A stretch of DNA of 64,000 nt from Epiperipatus broadwayi (lineage: Eukaryota > Animalia > Onychophora): NCBI GenBank assembly GCA_028023455.1, contig JAQFVV010000001.1, forward strand, positions 23,188,001-23,252,000, written 5' to 3'. The notes below the pieces were generated by a model. The model ran no database searches, was not told the origin of the DNA, and was given only the letters and a program-made list of their open reading frames with translations. Below are positions 54,880-64,000 of this stretch, one piece after another. The translations under genes were made by a program, and so were the position numbers. How positions within the stretch are numbered: position 1 is the first letter of the stretch; each line of letters opens with the position of its first letter.

Positions 54880-55400
54880 TCCGACACGATGGCATGATGG
54901 CTTGAGAGATCCATGTTCTTTGGAGGCAATGTATATTGGAGCATGGGTGGTCCTTATTTCACTAAAATGGAGGTAGCATTCTGATCTGAAATCACTTTTA
55001 ATAGCATTTAAGGTAATCTATGGGTTTGTAATTAGAGTACAGCATTATGGCATGGAGATAATCTTGGAAAGATCAGGAAAAGGTGAATTTAATCCATCTA
55101 CTCAGCTGTCATAATGTTAAAAATTTGAGCATCATGGATTCAGCTTAGCAACCAAATTCAAAATTAACTGTCTGTTTTTGTTGGTGGAAAAAGAGTCCTA
55201 TTTATACTTGGTTACAGTTTTTCCAGGAATGCTTGTAGAAAATTGCCCAAGGCAATGCAGATACCAACGTATGATCTCTATCAGCATGAAATATACTCTT
55301 GCTTTTGAGCAATAGAAGATGCAAAATATTGATAGGTTCTTGAAGGTATTGTTCGAATTCATTTCTAGTTTAGAAATACATTCAGCATGACTATAATTTC
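54880..55400 (-). mobile_element. Degenerate Nimb/I-clade LINE fragment
   Basis: Minus strand GICIALG / GQFSTSIP and LILNLVAKL resemble GIRICTGAFRTSP...L.L.Y..KL. Confidence 0.4.
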
Positions 55401-56436
55401 AATGAAAATATTTAAAACTAAATTTAATTCAATATAGTGATTTTGCTAGTTTTGACTAATGGATTTCTTCACTATTGTTCACTAAACTTTCCATTACTTT
55501 AAGTGCCTTCGAGAACCTTCTAAAATGTTGTATCATTCTCTGCCATTATCTTACATTAAATAAGATAAATATATACTATAAAATATTAAAACAAATAATA
55601 TTAATATTTACATAACATATATGTATCCGCTACATATATGAGAACGTACATACACAACTCTACATATTATTCAGGGGATTTTAACTATAATTAAATTTAT
55701 AATTCTAAATATCACTATTACTTATCTAAATGGTTATTTGGGATTGGGGAGAGTTACATAGATGTGTGTGCAGACTCTCCATATTGTCCAGGCATGTGCA
55801 GAAATGGATTTGAGCCCCATTTGGTGGTTAGTTAGATTGATGGCCCATGAAGCATGAATCTGGATTACAGATTCACTGCTTTATTACAAAATTAAAAGAA
55901 CACTCAATAGTAAATAGCAACACGTTAGTGATTATACTAAACTTTTAAACTAACAGATTTAATTACTTTTATGACTAAGCATGTCTGATCATCTTTATCT
56001 TTCAATTTACAAAATGAAAACTATAGACAGTTTATGTAGATATTGAACAGCAATATAATATCCATTTATCAATGCAACTAATTTTTCCATCCTTAAATAC
56101 TGATAAATTTATTTGTAGATAAAAAAGTAGTCAAGAGATATAACACAACTTTATAGTATAATTTTCAGAGTTACAAACTTAATATAAGACTATCTTCATA
56201 AACCATTGGTGTTAGAACAGAATTAATTTCATAGAAAGTACACTAGAGTTTTAAAAGTAAAGCTATATCATTAGCATCTTCCAACAATATTTTCCACCTA
56301 TAAAAAACATAAATATATTATGAGATACCATCTAATCAAATTTTATAATCATCTAACAGGGAGCATTTAATTATATACTTGATCTTAATTTACAAATAAT
56401 CTTATAATTAATAGAAATTATTATTTACCATCATCC

Positions 56437-56453
56437 ATATATATATATATATA

Positions 56454-56543
<90 letters not shown>
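56437..56543. repeat. (TA)n microsatellite
   Basis: Directly visible with two short interruptions. Confidence 0.98.
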
Positions 56544-56548
<5 letters not shown>

Positions 56549-58816
56549 GAGCTATAAGCAAAATTATAAAATATTACTGAAAAATATTGTGCAATGATAA
56601 GAGCAAATATATCAATCCATTTTGATCTGAAGGTAAAATGATGGTACATGTTATCTTGATTTACCATAAGAAATTTTTTACACTAAAAAAAGGCTAATAG
56701 CTTTATTGCTCAGGGGTTCATAAGTAGTTTGAGCACTAGAATCAATCCTGGAATCTCCCAATCCCAAATCAGATATACTACTGCTGCAACAAACCATGCA
56801 GAGCCTACATTTAAAGATATAATGGCTGAGTGATCTAAAAGATGCCACAAGAATTTGCAAATATTACTCATATCACTCTTGCTAACTCATAATTCAAATG
56901 TGGCATATACATTAAATTAAAACCAGATCAATTCCCATAAAACATTTTGTGTGAATATCATAAAATCTTTAGAATAACTGTAAGCTTAGCTATCTGAGAT
57001 CTTATTTACAAGGTATATTCAGTGACTTTTTAGGAAAATTGATTTAATACCTGGTCTGCATATTCAAATCTTTTGAAAAGTCTGCACCATAAGAATTTAC
57101 TATTTTCAGAGTCTAGCAATATGTTCTTTATATTACTATTTTTTTGGAAATGCCAATGACAGTCTACCTAATGCTTAAGTCTAGCTATAGAATCAGAAAT
57201 TTTAAGATATTTAATACTATTCTCAAAATCTTGACATTACACATTATAATATAATTTTACCCATTACAACATTTGCAATATTTATACACCTGATTTTTGT
57301 TCCTCAAGATCCTAATTTGTCTAAGAAATTCAATGGATTAAGCCCAGTAAATATCAACAATTTTTCACAATATTTTGTGCAAATGCCTTCAAAAAATGTA
57401 AGAGAAGTTCCTTTCTGATTATATTTTCATAAAGTATTCACTTCACCAATAAAGCAAAAATGCTATATCTCTTTAGATAGCACCTTAATTACATGGACAT
57501 TTATATTCCAAATTATTCTTATATTTTATTTTAAAAGGAAAATCTTGTAGGTATTGTACAGTAAAAATGTTTTGCATTGCCCAACTTATGACAAAAAAAA
57601 ATAGTCTCAAACTTGTCTGTGAAGCTTTATCAACATAGTATCTTACTACAATCAAGATATATGTGGTAAAACAATATACCATTTGTATATTTAAAATGAA
57701 AAGTTTTTTTCTCCACATAGTTGATTGATGCCTCTTCTTTAACCTTGAAGTCTCATAACAGAATTATTGAAATATAATGACTATTAACAAAGAATGTAAA
57801 GTACGAACCAACTTTTATTTTTCTCTTACTAATTTTTATAGGAACATTTTACAGGGGAAAAAATGTTTCCTATATGTTGATATATATTGTGATATAATTT
57901 CTAGGTGATAATTATTTAATCTGCTTTGCATAAGACTTTGTAAAAGCATAATCAACAAACCAATACTAGTAATATTATAACTAAATAATTTGAAAATTTA
58001 ATAGGGTCAGTAAGTAATATTAATTAGAAGTTAATGGACTTTTCAAGTGTAATCTATATTGAATATAATTAAATATCTTGCTCATAGTCCAACTGCAAGA
58101 CATCAAATGGTTCCATTTTGTCTGCTTTGCAGTGGGATAATAGTCTTAGTGAAATGTTTCATTAAGCTTAATATAGACAGTCCTTGGAGAGTTAATCACC
58201 TCTTAAAAATATTATATCATTGTTAGATATAACCAATAAACTTACTATTGTTAATTGTTAGATGTAATTTGACAAAATAATGTTTCATTATGTGTCTCAC
58301 ATCGGTCTTAATATTCAAAAATGGCACTGCAAAAAAATAAAAAAATTACAACTTAGAATTGAGGGTTTTTTCTAGTTAGATGACACTCAAACAATATGAA
58401 ATATTATAAGTGGAGTAATGAACACAAAACACGTATACTCTAATACTTCTAACAAAAAAGAATAAAAAATTGTTAAAAAATGAGTCATCCCATCTCATAA
58501 ACTAGTGAAGTTTCAAAATTAGATACACTAAACTACAAAAAGATGAATAATTTATTCTTATTATTATGTAAGAACAACTTTTTGCCACAAGAAATCTACA
58601 CATAATAATATTTATTTGAACTTTATAATGTTTTATTGAATTTTAGAAATGTCTTTTTTACATTAATTTTCTGTGCATTACTTATTAAAAGTATATTTTA
58701 ACTCTAATCAAATTACTTCACAACATTTCTGATTTCAGTTCTACATTCTTGTAAGGTATCAAACTAATGACAAAGATATCAGACTGATGTGTCTCAGGTA
58801 GCACAAACCTCTAGTC

Positions 58817-60438
58817 CAGCGTTTCCCAACCTTTTTTGGCTCGCGTACCACTTGGTAGTACATCACGTTAAATTGTACCACTTCGTAAAAATGATTGTAT
58901 TTCGTGAAATTTGTTATTGCGAGTGTGTTATATTATTTGCATTATAAATATTATAAGGTGACCATGTATGTATTCACATCACATAATGGGACAAATTACA
59001 TTGAAACACGATTAACCGTCACGCCTGATTATAAACTCACTGAAATTATAAACTCAATGTAACATATTTATATGTATGTGTTTGTTCAAAGTTTCACTTT
59101 TTTTTTTCTCAAAATATTTATTAAAGATTACATTATTACATTAAAAATTATTTGGTACATATTTTGTTCATTTCTCATTCCTTCATTTGGTTTTCCCAAA
59201 TTTGAGTCTGTTTTCTCTTTTTCGGAGCATCTTGCTATTGGTTGGGCCATGGAGAGGATAAATCCAGCATGTCCCAAGTCCTGGTAAAAATAACCTCAGG
59301 GGTTACCAGGCTATCTCTTGTTCTTGTTTTCTTTATATTGTTCTGCATGAAGTTAATAGGATTAAAATTTTGATGATTAAATACTAGCTTACATCTAGTA
59401 ATCCACAATAGATGATCAAAAATTAAAGAGAGTCTAATTTCTGGTTATGATCCTTTTCTGATACATTCTTTCAAATTAAATAATTTAGATTGATTTGCCT
59501 TGATCCGACTCATTATTTATCTATTATTTTGTCATATTTCGTTTACTAATAAATGGTTTTAATAAAAACACAAAATTATAAAAAAACAATTAATATATTT
59601 TTTTATCATAATCAAATATTTTTATAAAATAAATTTAATGAAATCCTTGTGCTTGTTTTGAACAACATAATTTTTTGAAATTTGGTTTAAAACATGCGAG
59701 GTATATATACCCTTAAGTCTATAACTGCGTTCAATCTGTTTCGATACTTATTTTTTTTAAAAATATATGAAGTAAAAGCTCTTCCTACTAATTTCGTACT
59801 AGTAAACGGTAATAATAATTTAAGAGCTTTCTCAGAAAGTTGTTCATATTCTTTAATGTTTAACCGAAAATTAATTAGATTGTGTCATTTGAATTCTACT
59901 TGTAAAGTTCTGTTACATGATAATTCTATTAAATTTTCTTTATCCTTTATTGATAATGATGTAGCTTTTTCTAAATTTTCTGCATAGACGGAATTTGAAA
60001 TACAATTATCATTTGTGTTTTCGGGTTTTGGAAAATATTCCATGAAAGACAATTTTAATTCTGTTAAATGTGCTATTATATTTTCTCGTATATCTTGAGA
60101 CAGACTAACTTTATTTTCAAACAAAAAAATAAGTAGATTTTCGAATACTTCCGGTTGATTGTTGATTGTTTTTGATACAGTTTCCAAAAATCTAATTTCT
60201 TAATCATACTTTCAATTTTATCATTAACATTAAAGATCGTTATCGACTGTACATATTAATAACTTTACCGTATAATATTATTAATTAAAATAATTTTTAT
60301 GAATTATAGGAAAAAACGTTTCTATGATATTTTTATGATTTAATTTTTTTTATGACCGCCATTATTGATTATTTTTCGTGTACCACCAACCAGCAACTCG
60401 CGTACCACCAGTGGTACGCGTACGGTTGGGAAACACTG
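58817..60438 (-). mobile_element. hAT (Buster/Charlie) deletion derivative
   Basis: TIRs cagcgtttcccaacc and ggttgggaaacactg (14/15). Perfect 8-bp TSD ctctagtc at 58809-58816 and 60439-60446. Subterminal cgcgtaccac repeats. Confidence 0.95.
59690..60187 (-). pseudogene. hAT transposase C-terminal dimerisation-domain remnant
   Basis: ORF 59885-60187 IIAHLTELKLSFMEYFP...ENLIELSCNRTLQVEFK continues as EYEQLSEKALKLLLPFTST...KNKYRNRL (ZBED5/Buster-like). Confidence 0.88.
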
Positions 60439-62479
60439 CTCTAGTCTACAAGGAAATTAGAGGTTTAAATACATGAATTTTGAAATCAGAAATAATATAA
60501 TTCCTTATTCAAATATCACAATTGCTTTCAGTGAATAAACAATCAGCATATTTCAGTTCTATTTTGAGCTTATTTTTATGTGTGATATATATAATTTTTC
60601 ATTTTGAATTTCTATTCCTCTCTTTGTAACCAATAACAAATCTACCTTTGTATTTTTATAAATGTGTTCACAGACTTTCTAACATAAATCAAACACACAC
60701 CATATGAAGTAGTATAATTATTTCATTAAATTGCTTCAAAAATTTATAAAGCATTCGACTGTACCCATGGCCATTTGGTTTCATGCCTTCACATGGATAC
60801 TTGAAATTATGAATAATACCAAATAGTATAAAATATAAAGTTTTAACAAGTATATTATTTCTAATAGTACAATTTAATTTAAAAATTGTGCACATTATAA
60901 CATTAACAAAAATATAATTAATACAAAAATAGAATAATTTAGATATGTTAAAGACAATAGAATGACTAATTAAGTGTACGAGATAAGTAAATGAGATGTT
61001 TATGGCACTTCATAGCAGTTGGACTTGAGTGAAATTTAAATTTATGAAATCCACTCCCACCAACCATGAGTTCTTGAAGCCATAGAAGGAACCTGCAGTT
61101 GCAGTGGGACTTCTGTATTGATTGACATCAATTTTTGAGTTTAGAACTTTTTATAATTAAACTTAATTAATAAATGAAATTATAACACAATTAAATATTT
61201 CTTAGGTTCAAATACATAATTTTCCCATTCGTTGTATATATATGAAAGTAGTTTAATATAATTTTTGAATGAAATCTATTGACAAGGTTTTATGAAAATC
61301 ACATCATAAAATAATAACAAATCGTAAATTCGATGAAATGTTTTTCTTCCCCATTTGTTTTTTATTTTATTAATAGTCATTTCTTAGCTTGCAGTCATAA
61401 TTTATTATATTAATGAAAGTCTTAGTAACTATAATTGTATTCAGTTGATGCACATTGATAAATGTCTAAAAATAATATCAGAGGCTAAGAGTTTTCTGTG
61501 AGATTGTTTTCTTTGGCACTATTTGTTACAAATATATGTATATTTATTTAATTATTTTCTAGAACCTAATTTAAAACTGCATTTTTAAAAAAATGTAAAT
61601 TCTAGTAATTTTATAATATGGAAATAGTTTTTAAAAATCTAACAGTTGATATTTTAATATAATAATTAGTAATTAACTAGTGAAAACATATTGTAGATTA
61701 TGAATAGAATTAAAAGAAGCATTAATGGATTAAAAACAGACGCTTCATTTATTATATAATATATTATTTTTATTATTAATTAGTTAAACATAATTTGAAG
61801 TCAAATTGTAATTTACAGACTCAGGTAATATAATTTCTATTGTAACAATGCTGCAATTAACCTCAGCAGTTAAATATAGCACGTTAACTTTTTTTTTTTT
61901 TAAATTGCTAGTTATTTCACTGAAAATATGTTCAAAAACGAATAAAAGCATTTACCGCAAAAAATTTAAGTAAATACAATAAATTTAATGCATGCTCTTA
62001 TTTGGACTTACAGATATCTAACCATATGATTTAAAAAATGAAGAAAGTATTCCTTTAGCGATTGGTTCAATAAATAGAATAGCTTGCTAGTTATATAAAA
62101 TGATTAAATATTGTTTTCCATCGACGAAAAAAAAAGAAAAGAAAGAAGTATCTTAGTGATATGTATGTGTATGCTTAAATGCACATACATATATAGATAT
62201 AAACTTATAGAGAGAGAAAGTTATATTAAATAAATTAAAGAATTTTAAAAGTCTGATTCTTTTAAAATAGAAAATAAAAGATTTATAACTTGAAGATTAT
62301 AAAAAGATTATTTTCTAAAATGATAATACTCTAATTAATGAGAGTAGAATGTGTTAATAAAATAAAACAATTAAAGGAATTCGAGTTAGATTTTCTTTAT
62401 AAGATAAACAACAATCTATAAAAATAACTAATTAATTAAAGGCAAAAAGATAACACTTAAATTCTTGTATGGAGTATTA

Positions 62480-64000
62480 AAATGATGAATCACCTGAATG
62501 GATGGACAGAGGACTAACCAATCAATTGCAGAGAGTTAAAACAATGAATGTCTCAGTACTAATCGGTCGAACAAGACTACATTTGATCCTTGGAGCTTTA
62601 TCTGTGCACATGGACAAATATGTTGGAGCAGATCATCTCCCATGGCACGACCTCCAAACATGAGAACAGTCAGCTAGAACATTTAAAGATCGTATTGATC
62701 TTAATTATTATTTGTGTATACCTTCGAACCTTATATAATGTAAATAATAAAATGCTATTAAGGATTGTAAGGAAAGAGTTATTTAAATATTAACCGTTAG
62801 TATTAACTTGTACTCGTGGGAAGTACAATCTTAAATCAGCTAGACATAGCAATTGGCACAGTCTTAAATCAGACCATTAATTAAAACAATGGTTAAATTT
62901 AGGTAAAATACTAGACCAGTGAATTTGATGTCAGTGAGGCAAGTAGTTGACCCCTATACATTCAACATGTAGAAAAATACTTATTCGTAAATGAAGTTAA
63001 AGATGATAAGTATAAAATTGCTTCATTATTATACTTTGCTGGGAAATGAGTTATTGAGATAGCAACATGCTCACTGAATCTCTAACTTCTGAAGATTGTA
63101 CCTATAATCAGGTTAAAAAGTGTTTGTCAAACCATTTTAACTCTCAACCCTCAAGGCATGTCACTAGACTGCAATTCCAACCCAGGAATCAAGATTGGGA
63201 TGAAAGTATAAAAGATTATGATAGTACTCTATGTAATTTTACAAAGAATTGCATCTATGAAACTTTCCTAGATGAAGCCCTGCTGGAACAATTTCTTATG
63301 GGTATGTGCAAAGATAGTTTACACCAGCATTTATTGGCCAATAGGAATTTAAATTATATAGAGGCTATAACATAAGATAGCTTATGAATTCATGCTTGAA
63401 CAATCTCATAAATGCATAAAACAGCAAAAAATAATACATATATACATATTAGTACAACACTTGCTTAAGATTATATATAAGAAATGCAATAAATGTTCTT
63501 ATATGCAACTAATAGCAAATTGCAAACAGATTTTTGTAAAACCTTAAGCAAAGACTTGTCTAAGAATAATGAAAATAGTGCTAACAGTAAAAACCTGTTT
63601 ATATGTTTTTGCTGTTGGAAAAGGGGCCACAAAGCTAGCAATTGTTTTCATAAATGAGAATGCTGTAATAATTGTAAAAAAAGAGAGCACATGGGGAAAA
63701 TGTGCAAAAATGAGTTCAGTATAGATCGAAATGATACTAATGATAGTAATCATATAATAAAGGGTTAAGAAAAGCACTTGTCTAATATTAAAAAGATGCC
63801 AACAAAAAGAATGATAAAATAATGATTAAAATCAAAATATGTGATCAGCCTATTGCCATGGAGGTTGACAGTGGCAGCAGAATATCATTGATATTAGTCC
63901 ACAATTGGTATACTGTTACTTCTAAGTGTAGAAAAAGACCCATTATTAAAAAAAACTGACCTAAAAGCATTGGATATGAACGGTAACACCATTAGAATAA
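62480..64000 (+). mobile_element. Ty3/Gypsy (Mag-type) element 5' part, running off the window
   Basis: LTR ends in CA at 62851 (start uncertain) and PBS TGGCACAGTC lies at 62854-62863. Gag EFDVSEA and ORF 63067-63375 QFQPRNQDWDESIKDY, knuckles CFCCWKRGH and CNNCKKREH, protease MEVDSGSRISLI. Confidence 0.88.

Noticed and set aside
1-64000. Most short ORFs in the supplied track as host genes
   Set aside because: They are low-complexity F/I/L/K/N/Y-rich products of AT-rich DNA, microsatellites, or antisense frames of TE remnants.

Overview
AT-rich animal genomic DNA, probably an invertebrate and plausibly an arthropod (inference). No intact protein-coding gene, RNA gene or CRISPR array could be supported. 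The window is mostly decayed transposable elements. These include three Ty3/Gypsy elements of Mag type (one two-LTR element at ~16.9-22.2 kb on the minus strand), a near full-length RTE LINE carrying a tRNA-derived SINE, and L1/Tx1, Nimb/I and Penelope fragments. DNA transposons include two hAT derivatives with 8-bp TSDs, a Tigger/pogo element nested in a third hAT, and a probable Merlin element. Four observations stand out. (1) A 615-bp foldback insertion at 25.2-25.8 kb has a 15-bp TSD, and both arms carry a decayed minimal type I hammerhead ribozyme. (2) A CpG-retaining, promoter-like island at 14.6-16.8 kb has E2F, CRE and paired CCAAT motifs plus exon-like splice signals. (3) Two GC-richer segments 13.3 kb apart join seamlessly at a shared AGGTAT that is also a GT-AG junction. 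(4) A ~270-bp palindrome lies at 23.4 kb. All protein-family assignments are by-eye motif recognition and all counts are by hand; no database searches were run.
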